From Myxococcota bacterium (GTDB taxonomy: Bacteria > Myxococcota_A > SURF-8): a DNA stretch of 64,000 bases. Below, one piece after another: positions 28,243 through 45,323 of the stretch (the first letter of the stretch is position 1; each line of letters opens with the position of its first letter). Made by a program: the position numbers and the translations under genes. A model generated the notes under the pieces. The model was not told the DNA's origin and did no database searches. It worked only from the letters and a program-made list of their open reading frames with translations. The DNA lies in the NCBI GenBank assembly GCA_963674735.2, contig CAXXQS010000001.1, positions 2,560,001-2,624,000 of the forward strand, read 5' to 3'.

Positions 28243-29811
28243 GTGACCCCAGGTAGCGACGTTCAGTTCGGTAAATTCCGGCTTCTGACCAAGTTGGCCA
28301 CCGGCGGCATGGGTGAAATCTTTCTGGCCCGCCACATCGACCAGACCGACGCCCGTCCTCCCGTGGCCCTCAAACGCATTCTGCCGCATTACGCCAAAGA
28401 CCCGCGCTTCATCCGCATGTTTTTGCGCGAGGCTAAAATCATATCGGAAATCCGTCACCCCAACGTGGTGGGCACCCTCGATTTCGGCAAAGAGCAGGGC
28501 ACCTTCTACATGACCATGGAATTTGTGGATGGCGTCAACCTCGACCTGCTGCTTGACAAAGCCACCCAGGCCAGCGATCAGTGGTCCATCCCGGTCGCCA
28601 TCGAGATCGTCTCCCAAGCCCTGGCCGGGATATCGAGCGCACATACCCGCAAAGACGCCGAAGGCCGCTCGCTGAACATCGTTCATCTGGATCTGAGCCC
28701 GCACAACCTGGTGGCCTCTTTTAACGGCAATGTCAAAATCCTCGATTTCGGGATATCGAAAGCCATTTACCAGGACGACCAGAAGGCCTACAACGCCCTG
28801 CGCGGCACGTATGCTTATATGTCGCCCGAGCAGTGCCGTGAAGAAGAAGTCGACCCGCGTTCCGATCTCTTCACCCTCGGCGTTCTGCTTTACGAACTGG
28901 CGACTTTACAGCCGTTGTTCCGCAAACAGCAATCGGAATTCCTGATTCTCAAGGCCATCACGGAAGGCTCCGTGCCCTCACCCGGCGACGCCATCAAGAA
29001 TTTTCCCGACGACCTCGCCGAGGTCATCGCACGTGCGCTCGAAAAAGATCGCGACCGCCGTTTCGATTCGGCCGACGAATTTAAAAAAGCCTTACAGGAC
29101 GTGGTCGCCCGGCACCACTACGAGTCCGGGCCGGAATTGCTGGCGCGCACGCTCAACACCTTATTTCCCAATCACGTCAGCGTGCTCGACGAACTGCCGC
29201 AGGACCCGCAGAGTCCAACCGGCGAAATCAAAGCCGCCAAAAAGCCGTCCACGTTTGTCGAAGACCTGTTCGACGACCTGGAAGACGACGAACCCGAAAA
29301 ACCGACACACAAGAAACGCCACAAGCCATCGGCAAACAAACGCCGCCGCATGGATGCGGAGGAGCGCCCTCAGCGTTCGCGCAACCAACTCAAATCGGCT
29401 CTGTTGCCCGACGTCCTCCCCCCGGCCGAACAGATCGAAGTCATGCTGAATGCGCGCCAGCAGACGCGCAAAATGCTAAGCGTTTTTATTACGTTGATGC
29501 TGGTGATCGTCGCGGTCTTCGGATTTCAATACATCGAGAAAACGGGCTGGATGCAAGAAACGGTGGGCAGCACGTATTATATGCCCGAAACGGGGAAACT
29601 GTACATCAAAACCATCCCTGAAGGCGCAACGGTTTTCGTGGAACTGAAAAAGCAAGAGACACCGACTCCCCTGTTGATTTCCGATCTGCCGTTCGACGAA
29701 AGCCGGACGGTGGAAATCGTGATGGAAGGCTACGAATCGGTTCAGCGCCGGATCAAACTCACCCATCAATCGACCCTCGACGCCATTTTCGTGGAACTCA
29801 AAAAGAAATAA
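28243..29811 (+). CDS. Membrane Ser/Thr protein kinase with C-terminal PEGA-like domain
   Basis: GGMGEIF, VALK, HLDLSPHN, DFG, YMSPEQ; one TM; T.PEGATV...TP PEGA pattern. Confidence 0.92.
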   Translation: MTPGSDVQFGKFRLLTKLATGGMGEIFLARHIDQTDARPPVALKRILPHYAKDPRFIRMFLREAKIISEIRHPNVVGTLDFGKEQGTFYMTMEFVDGVNLDLLLDKATQASDQWSIPVAIEIVSQALAGISSAHTRKDAEGRSLNIVHLDLSPHNLVASFNGNVKILDFGISKAIYQDDQKAYNALRGTYAYMSPEQCREEEVDPRSDLFTLGVLLYELATLQPLFRKQQSEFLILKAITEGSVPSPGDAIKNFPDDLAEVIARALEKDRDRRFDSADEFKKALQDVVARHHYESGPELLARTLNTLFPNHVSVLDELPQDPQSPTGEIKAAKKPSTFVEDLFDDLEDDEPEKPTHKKRHKPSANKRRRMDAEERPQRSRNQLKSALLPDVLPPAEQIEVMLNARQQTRKMLSVFITLMLVIVAVFGFQYIEKTGWMQETVGSTYYMPETGKLYIKTIPEGATVFVELKKQETPTPLLISDLPFDESRTVEIVMEGYESVQRRIKLTHQSTLDAIFVELKKK

Positions 29812-31110
29812 TCACGATAAAAATACCGGATCCGATTCGGAACGCCAGGCGACACGCCCCGCCTGCACGACCGTCCAGGCATGGTTGCGACCGACGTGGT
29901 ACACGAGGTACTCGGGACGCGGAATGTCGAGCAGCAGGACATCGGCGCTCAGCCCTTCCACCAGCGACCCGGTCTCGTACTCCAGCGCCAACGCCGCCGC
30001 CGCATGGCGCGTCACAGCCAGTACGACCTCCTCAAAGCTCATACGGAGTTGAGTGCAGCCCATATTGGCCACCCATTGCAGATTGCTGAAAACCGCCGAA
30101 CCGGGATTGAAGTCGCTGGCCAGAGCCACGCGCACCCCCGCCTCGATCAACGCGCGCGCCGGAGCATAACGTTGCAGCCCCAGATAATACGAGGTCGCGG
30201 GCAAGAGCCCGGCCACCACGTCCGACTGATGCAGGGCGGCCATACCCTCGGGCGAAACCGCCATCAGGTGGTCGGCGGCGATTGCACCCACTTCGCAGGC
30301 CACCAGCGCTCCACCCGAATCGACGAACTCGTCCGCGTGCAGGCGCAGCCCGAGCCCATGTTCGGAAGCCGCGATCAGGATGCGACTGGTTTGGGTGAGA
30401 TTGAAAACGCCTTCCTCGCAAAAGACATCACAGAAGCGCGCGATGCCCTGCTCCACCACCGCCGGGAGCATTTCGTCGATAACCAGATCGACATAGCCTT
30501 CGGGGTCGTTTTTATATTCGGGGGGAAACTCGTGCGCGCCCATGAACGTCGGCACCACGCGCATCGGCAGGGTATCGCGCAGCCGCCCGATCACGCGCAA
30601 CTGCTTCAGCTCGCTCTCGGTGGTCAATCCGTACCCGCTTTTGGCTTCGACGGTTGTCACGCCCAAGCGCAGCATGTCCTCCAGCCAGGCCCGGCTACGC
30701 CGATAAAGCGCGTCTTCGTCCGCCGCGCGGGTGGCGCGCACGGTGGCATTGATCCCGCCCCCTTCGGCGGCGATCTGCATATAGGGTACGCCGCTTATGC
30801 GCCGGGCGAATTCTTCCTCGCGGCTGCCGCCGAAAACCGGGTGGGTATGGCTGTCGATCAATCCGGGCATGGCCACCGCGCCACGGGCGTCGAGCGTCGC
30901 TTTGGCGTCGCTACGCCGTTGGGCATCCACCCCCGCTTCCGGTCCCACATACACCAGCCGGTCGCCACGCACCCCGATGGCCGCGTCGGCGATACGTCCC
31001 AACGCATCCTCTTGGGTGGCGCGTGCGGGATCGGCGGTAAGGCAGACGGAAAGGTTGTGTATCAGCAGATCGAAGGGCTGATCGCCGTTGCGGGTGGAGT
31101 GGTCGCACAT
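29812..31110 (-). CDS. hutI: Imidazolonepropionase
   Basis: PGLIDSHTH, GGGI..TV.ATR, EAKSGYGL, DVFCE, ASDFNPG. Confidence 0.96.
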   Translation of the reverse strand: MCDHSTRNGDQPFDLLIHNLSVCLTADPARATQEDALGRIADAAIGVRGDRLVYVGPEAGVDAQRRSDAKATLDARGAVAMPGLIDSHTHPVFGGSREEEFARRISGVPYMQIAAEGGGINATVRATRAADEDALYRRSRAWLEDMLRLGVTTVEAKSGYGLTTESELKQLRVIGRLRDTLPMRVVPTFMGAHEFPPEYKNDPEGYVDLVIDEMLPAVVEQGIARFCDVFCEEGVFNLTQTSRILIAASEHGLGLRLHADEFVDSGGALVACEVGAIAADHLMAVSPEGMAALHQSDVVAGLLPATSYYLGLQRYAPARALIEAGVRVALASDFNPGSAVFSNLQWVANMGCTQLRMSFEEVVLAVTRHAAAALALEYETGSLVEGLSADVLLLDIPRPEYLVYHVGRNHAWTVVQAGRVAWRSESDPVFLS

Positions 31111-31143
31111 GCTCGCCTCCCCGTAAGGAATCGAATAAATCGT

Positions 31144-31170
31144 AAAAACGCCCCGGTTAAAGCCGGGGCG
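31144..31170 (-). terminator. Hairpin/terminator between hutU and hutI
   Basis: Reverse strand CGCCCCGG-CTTTAA-CCGGGGCG followed by T5. Confidence 0.6.
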
Positions 31171-31191
31171 GATACGTTGAAGTCAGGCGGC

Positions 31192-32847
31192 CTACCAGGT
31201 AAGGCCGGGAATCTTGACGCCGCGCTCGCGGGCCACCTGTTGCGCCTCTTCGTATCCGGCATCGGCGTGGCGCATGACGCCCGTTCCGGGGTCGGAGGTC
31301 AACACGCGCTCCAGCCGGACCGCCGCCGCCTCGCTTCCGTCGGCCACGATCACCATCCCGGCGTGCAGCGCGTAACCGATACCCACCCCGCCGCCGTGAT
31401 GATAGCTCACCCAGGTCGCGCCGTTGACGGCGTTCGCCAGCAGGTTGAGCACCGGCCAGTCGGCCACGGCATCGGAGCCGTCCTTCATGGCTTCCGTCTC
31501 GCGGTTGGGCGAGGCCACCGAACCGGAGTCGAGATGATCGCGTCCGATGACGATCGGCGCCTTGACCCGCCCCGAGGCCACCAGGTCGTTGAACAGTTTA
31601 CCCGCCTTGGCCCGTTCCCCGTAGCCCAGCCAGCAGATGCGCGAGGGCAAGCCCTGAAAATGCACCTGTTTCTGCGCCATCTTGAGCCAACGCACCAGCC
31701 CGGTGTTTTCGGGGAACAGCGCCATCAATTCGCGGTCGGTGGTGTAGATGTCTTCCGGATCGCCCGAGAGCGCCACCCAGCGAAACGGTCCCTTGCCTTC
31801 GCAGAACAAGGGTCGGATGTAGGCGGGAACGAAGCCGGGGAAGTCGAAGGCGTTTTTGACTCCCGCCTCCAAGGCCACCTGCCGGATATTGTTGCCGTAA
31901 TCGAAGGTGACGGCTCCGGCCCGTTGCATGGCCAGCATGGCTTCGACGTGCCGCACCACCGAGGCACGCGCCAGTTCGACGTATTTGTCCGGGTCGGCGG
32001 CGCGTAATGCCAAGGCGCTCGCGTAATCCATGCCGCCGGGCACGTAACCCAGCAGCAGATCGTGAGCCGACGTCTGGTCGGTCAGGCTATCGGGGGTGAA
32101 ACCGCGTTTGACCATTTCCGGCAGAAGCTCGCAGGCATTGCCCAGAAGCCCGATGGAATAAGCCTCACCGGCGGCAGCCTTGGCCTTGGCCAGGTCCAGC
32201 GCTTCATCCAGCGACTCGGTCCAGGTATTGAGGTAGCGGTGTTCGATGCGCCGCAGGATGCGTTCGCGGTCCACCTCCACGCACAACGCCACGCCTTCGT
32301 TCATGGTAACGGACAACGGCTGCGCGCCGCCCATGCCGCCCAGTCCGGCCGTCAGCACGATGCGGCCTTTGAGCGTGCCGCCGAAGCACTGGCGCGCCTG
32401 TTCGCCGAAGGTTTCGTAGGTGCCCTGCAAAATGCCCTGGGTGCCGATATAGATCCAGCTTCCGGCCGTCATCTGGCCGAACATCATCAGGCCTTTTTTG
32501 TCCAGTTCGCGGAAATGCTCCCAGGTCGCCCAATGGGGGACGAGGTTGGCGTTGGCGATCAAGACGCGCGGAGCGTCGGGATGGCTTTTCACCACACCCA
32601 CCGGCTTGCCGGACTGCACGAGCAGGGTTTCGTCGTTCTCCAGCTTTTTCAGGCTTTCCAAAATCAGCTTGAAGGCTTCGACGTTGCGCGCGGCTTTGCC
32701 GCAGCCCCCGTAAACGATCAGCTCTTCCGGTTTCTCGGCCACCTCGGCATCGAGGTTGTTTTGAATCATGCGGTAGGCGGCCTCTTGCAGCCAGCCCTTG
32801 CAGGTCAGTTCGGTGCCGCGCGGAGCTTTGATATGACGCAGATCCAT
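31192..32847 (-). CDS. hutU: Urocanate hydratase
   Basis: [47 protein letters not shown]. Confidence 0.98.
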   Translation of the reverse strand: MDLRHIKAPRGTELTCKGWLQEAAYRMIQNNLDAEVAEKPEELIVYGGCGKAARNVEAFKLILESLKKLENDETLLVQSGKPVGVVKSHPDAPRVLIANANLVPHWATWEHFRELDKKGLMMFGQMTAGSWIYIGTQGILQGTYETFGEQARQCFGGTLKGRIVLTAGLGGMGGAQPLSVTMNEGVALCVEVDRERILRRIEHRYLNTWTESLDEALDLAKAKAAAGEAYSIGLLGNACELLPEMVKRGFTPDSLTDQTSAHDLLLGYVPGGMDYASALALRAADPDKYVELARASVVRHVEAMLAMQRAGAVTFDYGNNIRQVALEAGVKNAFDFPGFVPAYIRPLFCEGKGPFRWVALSGDPEDIYTTDRELMALFPENTGLVRWLKMAQKQVHFQGLPSRICWLGYGERAKAGKLFNDLVASGRVKAPIVIGRDHLDSGSVASPNRETEAMKDGSDAVADWPVLNLLANAVNGATWVSYHHGGGVGIGYALHAGMVIVADGSEAAAVRLERVLTSDPGTGVMRHADAGYEEAQQVARERGVKIPGLTW

Positions 32848-32870
32848 GTGACTCTCCCCAAAACAAGCGA

Positions 32871-35345
32871 TCAGAAGATGAGCGTCACCACCTGGTCGGT
32901 TTTCAGGTCGATGACGTACACGATTTCCTCGGACGAATCGACGGCGTACAGACGCGGGAAATTTGGATAAAGATCCAGCAGCGCGGCATCTTCGAGCAGC
33001 GATCCCACGAAACGGTCGGCGCTGTCGGTCAGTGAAATCGCCTGGATTTCATTCGTTCCGCTGAAGGTTCGGAAGGAATACAGGAAGGTGCTTTCCTGCT
33101 TGGCCTGGATATCGACGCTGCTTTCGTCCTGGCAGATCGAGAATTCGATCAGGTCGTTTTTGAAGCTCGCCGGGTAGTCGCCGTCGTCGGATTCGCTGTT
33201 GCGGCAACGGATGCCGTTCACCGATTCCGCCTCTCCCGACAGCGTCATGTCGGTACGGAAACGATACTCCTTGTAAGTCTCTTCCTCGTCGTTGGTCTTT
33301 TCGATGGTGCAGATATAATCCTGCCAGTCATCCTGGTCGAACACCAGCGATTCGAACTGTTCCTGTCCCTGAATCACGTCGCTCTGGCGGAATTCCCCGT
33401 TGACCGCGCGCCCCTGGTAGAGGGACGAGCTGAGACGATTGCCGCCCGAATCCAGCTCGGTGAGACTGACGATGTAGTTGTCGTTGGCGCGCACCAGGTA
33501 TTCCACCGAGGTGCTGAAGCACCGTTTCAGGTCGACGCCACGCGGATCGAACACCAGATATTCGGGGGTGATGTCGATGATCTCCAGACGTACGCTGTCA
33601 AGTTCCACCAGCCGCGTCTCACCGTCGTCCCCGACGATTTCCTCCACGCAGCCCAGGGAATCGCCCTCCGGCGGGTTGGGCGTATCGCGGATCACCAGCA
33701 GATCGCCCTTCAACGCGAAGGGATCGTCCGGATCGCTCGAAGTCGGACGCGCCAGCAATTCCTCGAACAGGGTGAAATCCACTTCCGGATCGTAGAACCG
33801 GTTGTTGGCGAAATCGAAGCGACCCGCAATCGAGCCGTCGCTACCGGGAATCACGCCGTTATAGTGCAGTTCCCACAAGGCATCGGGCGTTCGTTCGGCA
33901 TAAAGGGTGGTATCCAGAGAGGTCAGGCACAAATTGTTGTCGATGGTCAATTCATCATCGCGCAGGTAGCTCAATTCCGGTCCGCTGTCGGGGTTGCTGT
34001 CGTACAACTGATGCAGGTTGCGGTTGAGGTCGATGATCTGGATGTTGCCGTTGTAGCCCACCGAATAGCCGTAGAGCAGAAACTCCAGGTCGTCGGCGAT
34101 CGCGGAATCGTCATCTGAAGCTTCGACTTCGGCATCACCATCGACATCGCCGTCGCCGCTCTCTTCGGCGAACAGCCGCCGCCCGCTCTCGGAGGCGTCC
34201 GTTTCCCCTTCCCCTTCCGACTCGCCCTCCGCCACCTCGCCGTCGCTATCGCCGTCGACTTCGAGATCCTCATCCCCATCCGTCAGCGTCGCGTCGTCAC
34301 CATCGGTATCGCTGTCGTCGGGTTCGGGGTTGGCCTTGTCGAGCATGGCAAACACCACCGTGCGCGGCACCGCCTGCAATTCGATATCGTATTCGAATTC
34401 GTCGCTGGGAGCCGGGGCGTTGTAGTGGCTGGGCAGTTGGGCGTTGGTATCCAGGTAGCGATCGTTGATGAGGTCGTAAACCGCCACCTTGCGCTCGTCC
34501 ACCTTCGAGAGGTAGAGAAAGCGTCCATCGGGGGTTACCGCGACATTGCGCTGGGGACCGTATACATTGCGCACCTGGGCCGGGTAACCCGGATTTTCGA
34601 GATCGACGATGTGGAAGTAGTCATAGGCCATGTCCGCCACATACAGATAGCGGCCATTCGGATGCACGGTCATACCGCTGGGGACCGGTTCGGGCGTAAC
34701 GCCGGTATCGAGCACCGCAAAACCGTCCTCCACCCAACGCTCGCTCTCGTCAGCTCCCTGTTTCACCACCCGCGCCAGCCGGTGCAGATCGGGTAGCGCG
34801 ACCCAAACCTCTCCCTCGGAAGCCGCTTCGCTCGGAGCCACGACCAGCGAGGTGGGACGCGCCGACAAGGGCACGGTATCGCGCAGGGTACGGGCCGATT
34901 CGGTCACGATCACCGACAGGCTGTTCTCGCCCCCGTTTGAAACGAAGGCGCGGGTATTTCCCTCATCGAGGGAAATCGCCACATCCACCGGGAAGCGCCC
35001 GACGGGAATGTGGCTGAACACGAAGGGATTTCCCTTGATGTTCGAATTGACCACGGCGCCGTTGCACAGGTCGATACGCGCCACCGAGTCTCCGCCGGAA
35101 TTGGCGACGAACGCGAATGGCCGCTTGGTTTTGCCTTGGCACTCCTCCCAAACACCCGTCGCGAGTTGCTCGGCATACTGCAGCTCGGCATCCGACGGCG
35201 TCCAGTCGATCACGGCCACGGCAATGGCCACGGGCCGGTCGAGGGTGGAAACGGTGGTATCCGCATCGCCGCTGTCCGAACAGGCAAACAAGCCCAGGCA
35301 AAGGGTCAGGCAGGCAATCCAAATCGCTGAAAAGCGCATCATCAT
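32871..35345 (-). CDS. YncE/YVTN-like beta-propeller lipoprotein with an acidic insertion
   Basis: LFAC lipobox; [28 protein letters not shown] repeats. Confidence 0.78.
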   Translation of the reverse strand: MMMRFSAIWIACLTLCLGLFACSDSGDADTTVSTLDRPVAIAVAVIDWTPSDAELQYAEQLATGVWEECQGKTKRPFAFVANSGGDSVARIDLCNGAVVNSNIKGNPFVFSHIPVGRFPVDVAISLDEGNTRAFVSNGGENSLSVIVTESARTLRDTVPLSARPTSLVVAPSEAASEGEVWVALPDLHRLARVVKQGADESERWVEDGFAVLDTGVTPEPVPSGMTVHPNGRYLYVADMAYDYFHIVDLENPGYPAQVRNVYGPQRNVAVTPDGRFLYLSKVDERKVAVYDLINDRYLDTNAQLPSHYNAPAPSDEFEYDIELQAVPRTVVFAMLDKANPEPDDSDTDGDDATLTDGDEDLEVDGDSDGEVAEGESEGEGETDASESGRRLFAEESGDGDVDGDAEVEASDDDSAIADDLEFLLYGYSVGYNGNIQIIDLNRNLHQLYDSNPDSGPELSYLRDDELTIDNNLCLTSLDTTLYAERTPDALWELHYNGVIPGSDGSIAGRFDFANNRFYDPEVDFTLFEELLARPTSSDPDDPFALKGDLLVIRDTPNPPEGDSLGCVEEIVGDDGETRLVELDSVRLEIIDITPEYLVFDPRGVDLKRCFSTSVEYLVRANDNYIVSLTELDSGGNRLSSSLYQGRAVNGEFRQSDVIQGQEQFESLVFDQDDWQDYICTIEKTNDEEETYKEYRFRTDMTLSGEAESVNGIRCRNSESDDGDYPASFKNDLIEFSICQDESSVDIQAKQESTFLYSFRTFSGTNEIQAISLTDSADRFVGSLLEDAALLDLYPNFPRLYAVDSSEEIVYVIDLKTDQVVTLIF

Positions 35346-36988
35346 CAGTACTGATCCTCACTATAGAGCTTGGCCCGATTTTCGATCTTGCGATCCACTT
35401 TGTTGATCGGTTCCCCGTTTTCGTCGAATAGCCGCAAAACGGCCACTTCGTGGGCTTCGAAGTTGGAAACCAGCCCCCACACTCCGCCTTGGTTCTCATA
35501 GATCGCGATGTCGTAGGGCTTGGCCTCCTGACGAAAGATTCCCGGCTCCTGAATAAACGCCTCGGGCGCCACGTCGATCACGTCCACCACCTGGCGTAAC
35601 GTCAGATCGATCACGTAAATTTCGTCGGTATCGTAGATGGGGACATACAGCATGTCCTTATAAATCGCCACGTTAGCCGGTTCCGGGGCCAGTTCGATGA
35701 AATCCACCTGTTCATTGCGCTCGCAACTGGTGCTGTCTCCGACGGTCTGATCCTTGCCGCAGGTTTCGTAGCCGAGCGTGGTGTCGAGCACCATGATACC
35801 GGGCAGATCGGCCTTTTCCACGATCAGGTTGCGCGCCGCGACATACAGCCGACTGCCGTCGGCGTTGAAGGCCATGCCACGCGTATCGACGCCTTCCATC
35901 AGCAGAATCTGTTCCACCCGCGCCTGGTAGCCCAGCCCGGACGTGTAATACGGACGCAAAACGCCGAGCAGATTCGAATCGCGGTGGCTGACATACACCG
36001 AGCCGGTCAGGGGCGAAATCACCGCCTGATTGCCGCCGCGCGAGAACTTGCGCTGGGCGATCATGCGGATGGGTCGCACCACCTCGCAACGGTACCCCGA
36101 CGGACAGCCCTGCCGCACCACCTCGCCGTCCTCGTTCAGCACGGTTTCGTCCACTTCGCAGTAAGTGGCACAATAGTTAGAATCGATACGCCGCGGATCG
36201 CTAAGACAGGTGTTTGCCTCTTCGCGCGGTAGTCCGCCGCCATCGCCCGCCACCACGAATTCGGTGGTTCCGCAGTCCAGGTTGGCGTCGCAAGCGCCGC
36301 ATAACGCCCCAGCCGCCGCCCCGCTGGGGCACGACAGATTCTCGGGCAGGCAGCGCCGGATCACTTCGCCGCTTTCGCGTCGCAGGTCATCGGCCGGTTC
36401 GACGAAACGGGCCAGATCGTCTTCCAGCACCGTCATTTCGCCATCGGAAATGTGCGTGACGTAAACATAGCGATCATTGGCGTCCACGACCACACCGAAG
36501 GGATTGGGAGCCACCCCGAAGGCCTGGCGCGTGTCGGCGATGAAAAACGGCTCGTCGCCCTTGGGAGCGGCCGCGACGCGCGCGTCTACGTCGATAGCCA
36601 GCAGAAGATCGGCCGGTTCCTCGGTGATGCCGTCCTGCTCGAAAAACGGACCGCGTGTGGTCACGAACAGGCGGGTTCCGGCATGGTTGAAGGCCACCTC
36701 GCCGCCGAAGCTACCGATGGGCAAAGTCCACTCGGGCACGATGCGATAGGTGGACAGATCCACCACGACCACCGAGCCGTTGCGGTAGGCCTGATTGAAG
36801 TTGGCATTGACCACCGCCGCATAGCGTCCCGCCGGATGAACGGCCACTCCGATGGGGAAATGGATGATATCGGGCGGGGCATCCACACCGGGACGTTCGG
36901 TGATACAGCCCGAGGCGGCCGTCACGATCGCAGCCAGGGTTAAAATTGTCAGAAACAACCGTAATATCGAATGGTTTTTCATGTCCAC
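35345..36988 (-). CDS. YncE-like beta-propeller lipoprotein with a Cys-rich insertion
   Basis: ASGC lipobox; FPIGVAV...NANF, GTRLFV, DGSRLYVA repeats. Confidence 0.78.
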   Translation of the reverse strand: MDMKNHSILRLFLTILTLAAIVTAASGCITERPGVDAPPDIIHFPIGVAVHPAGRYAAVVNANFNQAYRNGSVVVVDLSTYRIVPEWTLPIGSFGGEVAFNHAGTRLFVTTRGPFFEQDGITEEPADLLLAIDVDARVAAAPKGDEPFFIADTRQAFGVAPNPFGVVVDANDRYVYVTHISDGEMTVLEDDLARFVEPADDLRRESGEVIRRCLPENLSCPSGAAAGALCGACDANLDCGTTEFVVAGDGGGLPREEANTCLSDPRRIDSNYCATYCEVDETVLNEDGEVVRQGCPSGYRCEVVRPIRMIAQRKFSRGGNQAVISPLTGSVYVSHRDSNLLGVLRPYYTSGLGYQARVEQILLMEGVDTRGMAFNADGSRLYVAARNLIVEKADLPGIMVLDTTLGYETCGKDQTVGDSTSCERNEQVDFIELAPEPANVAIYKDMLYVPIYDTDEIYVIDLTLRQVVDVIDVAPEAFIQEPGIFRQEAKPYDIAIYENQGGVWGLVSNFEAHEVAVLRLFDENGEPINKVDRKIENRAKLYSEDQY

Positions 36989-37112
36989 GCATCTCTTGAA
37001 AAAGATAAATTCAATCCATGAAGCTATCCCAGCCCCCCTTGGCTGTCAATTGTTTTCCTAACCTTATAGGTACGAGGAAACATCTTCGCAGCCGGGCGAC
37101 GCTCCGCCCGGT

Positions 37113-37143
37113 AAAAAAAACGGGGCCGGTGTATCCGGCCCCG
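37113..37143 (-). terminator. ppdK intrinsic terminator
   Basis: Reverse strand CGGGGCCGG-ATACA-CCGGCCCCG followed by T8. Confidence 0.85.
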
Positions 37144-37168
37144 CAAACGACACAGTCGCTAACCAAGC

Positions 37169-39928
<2,760 letters not shown>

Positions 39929-40045
39929 TGTTCATCCCTCCTTAGAATTTATTATCAGAACAAGATGGCCGGCAGATTGCCAATCGAGAATTACAAACCT
40001 ACCGTTCACTTTTTAAGATCGGCCAATTGCCGAAAAAGTTGGCAC

Positions 40046-40073
40046 ATCTTAACAGAAGCTTTTCCGCTGTCAA
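40046..40073 (-). promoter_or_regulatory. Putative sigma70 promoter of ppdK
   Basis: Reverse strand TTGACA-16 nt-TAAGAT with an extended -10 TG. Confidence 0.55.
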
Positions 40074-40290
40074 TCCTTTTCAAGACGGAATTATTATCGG
40101 GTTTTATTTCTCAAACTTAAGGGATAACGATTGACTTTTTCATGGAAAAACAGGACGATTTTAGGATAAACTAAGTTTGCGCACGACCGATTTAGTAATT
40201 GATACGACAAAAACGGGGTTCCCGTTCTCGGAAAACCTTCCTGAGCCTAGAAAGAGTGTTCGGGGCGGAAGCAAAAAAGGAGGCTGATCC

Positions 40291-42345
<2,055 letters not shown>

Positions 42346-42380
42346 CCGACATCCGCCACCGGGCGGCAGGAGACGCATTC

Positions 42381-43505
42381 ATGGCGCATGTGTTGTCCAT
42401 CGATAAGGACCATAACCGTTTCAAGCAGATCGTGCGCGGCCGCATCAAGCAGGATCTGCGTAAATACATCACCAAGGGCGAAATGATCGGCCGACGCGGC
42501 AAGGACACGATTTCCATTCCCGTGCCGCAGATCGAAATGCCGCGCTTCCGCTTCGGCTCCAAGGAGCAAGGCGGGGTCGGCCAGGGCGACGGCGAGGAAG
42601 GCGATTCCCTGGGCCAGGGCGAAAACGAAGGCCAGGGCAGCGGCAAGGGCGAAGCCGGGGATCAGCCCGGCGAGCACACGCTTGAAGTCGATATCACCTT
42701 GCAGGAGCTGGCCGAGATTCTGGGCGAAGAGCTGGAATTGCCGCGCATCGAGCCCAAGGGCACCGACAAGCTGCGCTACACGGTCGATAAATACCGGGGC
42801 ATCCGCAAAGTCGGACCCGAGTCGCTGCGGCACTTCAAGCGCACCTTCAAAGAAGCGCTCAAACGGCAGATCAGCATCGGCGCTTACAACCCCGACAGCC
42901 CGGTGATCATCCCCACCCGCGAAGACAAGCGTTACCGCTCGTGGAAGACCATCCCCGAGCCGCAGTATAACGCCGTCATCTTCTACATCATGGATGTCTC
43001 GGGCTCCATGGGCGACGAGCAGAAGGAGATGGTGCGCATCGAATCGTTTTGGATCGACACCTGGCTCAGTTCCCAGTACAAGGGCATCGAGTCGCGCTAC
43101 ATCATCCACGACGCCACCGCGCGCGAGGTCGACCGCGAAACCTTCTTCAGCACCAAGGAGAGCGGCGGCACCGTGATTTCGTCGGCCTACAAGCTGTCGC
43201 TGGATATTCTCGACGCGGATTATCCGACCAGCGACTGGAACACCTACTTCTTCCAGTTCTCCGACGGCGACAACTGGTCCAACGACGACACCGCCCAGTG
43301 CATCGATCTTTTGCGCGAGCAGATTCTGCCGCGCGTCAACATGTTCGGTTACGGGCAGGTGCGCTCGTTTTTCGGCTCCGGCCAGTACATCATGGATCTC
43401 AAGGCCGGCTTCGGCGAGGAGACGGAAAACCTGATTCTCTCGGAAGTGCCCGACAAGGACGCGATTTACGAATCGATCAAGGACTTCCTGGGCAAGGGAA
43501 TGTAA
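42381..43505 (+). CDS. yeaH: YeaH/YhbH (DUF444) vWA-like protein
   Basis: PRFRFG, Gly-rich linker, EELELP.I.PK, MDVSGSM, FSDGDNW; sits between prkA and spoVR. Confidence 0.9.
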   Translation: MAHVLSIDKDHNRFKQIVRGRIKQDLRKYITKGEMIGRRGKDTISIPVPQIEMPRFRFGSKEQGGVGQGDGEEGDSLGQGENEGQGSGKGEAGDQPGEHTLEVDITLQELAEILGEELELPRIEPKGTDKLRYTVDKYRGIRKVGPESLRHFKRTFKEALKRQISIGAYNPDSPVIIPTREDKRYRSWKTIPEPQYNAVIFYIMDVSGSMGDEQKEMVRIESFWIDTWLSSQYKGIESRYIIHDATAREVDRETFFSTKESGGTVISSAYKLSLDILDADYPTSDWNTYFFQFSDGDNWSNDDTAQCIDLLREQILPRVNMFGYGQVRSFFGSGQYIMDLKAGFGEETENLILSEVPDKDAIYESIKDFLGKGM

Positions 43506-43572
43506 GGGTTCGCCATCAACCGACACCGCCGGAGCGGCGGACAATCCGCCCCGGCGCAGCAACGAGGATACG

Positions 43573-45108
43573 ATGCTATCTCCCGAATTGCAGCAGTTGA
43601 AAACGGAAATCGAGGGCTACGCCCGCGATTACGGCCTCGATTTCTTCGAAACCATTTTCGAGATCGTGGATGCAAAACAGGTGAGCGAAATCGCCGCTTA
43701 CGGCGGCTTCCCCACCCGCTATCCGCATTGGCGCTTCGGCATGGAGTTCGACAAGCTCGATAAAGGCTACACCTACGGCGGCCAGCGCATCTACGAAATG
43801 GTCATCAACAACAATCCCTGCTACGCCTATCTAATGGCCTCGAATCCCATCTTCGATCAGAAAACCGTCATGGCGCACGTCTTCGCGCACAACGATTTTT
43901 TCAAGAACAACCTGTGGTTCTCGAAAACCAACCGCAAGATGATGGACGAAATGGCCAACCATTCCGCCCGCATCCGACGCTACCAGGATCGTTTCGGCGT
44001 CGATGAGGTGGAGACCTTTTTGGATATCGCGCTGTCACTCGAAAACCTGATCGATCCGCACGCGCCCTTTATCGAGCGCGAAGCCAAGCCGATGAGCGAA
44101 GAGGACGAACGCGCCGAGCTCGACGTGCCCATGCTCAAAGCCAAGAAGTACATGGAGCGCTACATCAACCCGAAGGAGTACGTGGACGAGCAGAAGCTGC
44201 GCCTGGCGGAGAAGAAGGCGGCGCGCGAGAAGCGTTTCCCCGAAGAGCCGGTGCGCGACGTGCTGCAATTCCTGATCGCCCATGCGCCCCTCAAAGAGTG
44301 GCAGCAGGATCTGCTGTCGATCGTGCGCGAGGAAGCCTACTATTTCGCCCCGCAGTGGATGACCAAGATCATGAACGAAGGCTGGGCCACCTACTGGCAT
44401 TCGAAAATCATGACGCAAAAGGCCTTGGCGGACAGCGAAATCATCAATTACGCCGACCACTACGCCGGGGTAGTGGCCACCAGCAAAGGCTCGCTCAACC
44501 CTTACAAAGTCGGCGTAGAACTGTTCCGCCACATCGAAGAGCGCTGGGATATGGGGCGCTTCGGGCGCGATTACGACGAATGCGACAACATGGCCGAAAA
44601 ACACAGCTGGGACAAAAAGCTGATGCTCGGCCGGGAAAAAATCTTCCTCGTGCGCAAGCTGCACAACGACGTCACCTTCATCGATGAATTTCTGACGCCC
44701 GAATTCTGCATCGAACACAAGCTGTTCACCTACGGCTACAACCCCAAACGCGACCAGTGGGAGATCGTCTCGCGCCAGTTCGAGGACATCAAGCAAAAGC
44801 TGTTGCAGAATCTCACCAACGCGGGCAACCCGTTCATTTCGGTGCTCGACGCGAATTTCGAAAACCGCGGCGAGCTGCTTTTACGCCACCAGCACGAAGG
44901 GGTGGACCTGAATATCGCGCATGCCACCGAGACGCTGTCCAACCTGTATCGCGTCTGGTCGCGTCCGACGGCCATTTTGACCATGCTGCAGGACCGGCCG
45001 GTGATGATTCGGTTCGACGGCACGGAGCACGCCGTTTTGGAACTGGAACGCGATGCGGATCAGGAAGCGCCGCCCACCCCGGAAGTCCCGGACCCGGACA
45101 CACCGTAG
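43573..45108 (+). CDS. spoVR: SpoVR/YcgB family protein
   Basis: [39 protein letters not shown]. Confidence 0.94.
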   Translation: MLSPELQQLKTEIEGYARDYGLDFFETIFEIVDAKQVSEIAAYGGFPTRYPHWRFGMEFDKLDKGYTYGGQRIYEMVINNNPCYAYLMASNPIFDQKTVMAHVFAHNDFFKNNLWFSKTNRKMMDEMANHSARIRRYQDRFGVDEVETFLDIALSLENLIDPHAPFIEREAKPMSEEDERAELDVPMLKAKKYMERYINPKEYVDEQKLRLAEKKAAREKRFPEEPVRDVLQFLIAHAPLKEWQQDLLSIVREEAYYFAPQWMTKIMNEGWATYWHSKIMTQKALADSEIINYADHYAGVVATSKGSLNPYKVGVELFRHIEERWDMGRFGRDYDECDNMAEKHSWDKKLMLGREKIFLVRKLHNDVTFIDEFLTPEFCIEHKLFTYGYNPKRDQWEIVSRQFEDIKQKLLQNLTNAGNPFISVLDANFENRGELLLRHQHEGVDLNIAHATETLSNLYRVWSRPTAILTMLQDRPVMIRFDGTEHAVLELERDADQEAPPTPEVPDPDTP

Positions 45109-45195
45109 ACGCGGGGGGAACCGCTTTACACGGTGGCCATCGCCCGTTTAAATAGGGGTGTCATCCTCGCACGAGTGAAGCTCGGGCTGTGTTGC

Positions 45196-45233
45196 AGGGC
45201 TCTGTCCTGTTCCGCATGTTTGTCTCGATCTTT
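45196..45233 (+). repeat. REP-like element family B (degenerate)
   Basis: Reverse complement matches 57581-57615 (CATGCGGAACAGGACAGAGCC core). Confidence 0.7.
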
Positions 45234-45323
45234 CATCACAAACGGCCCAGCCGAAACGATAACGTAACGTATTATGCGCACTTTGAGATTTGAATAGCGG
45301 AGACTCTCCAATCTATCGATAAT

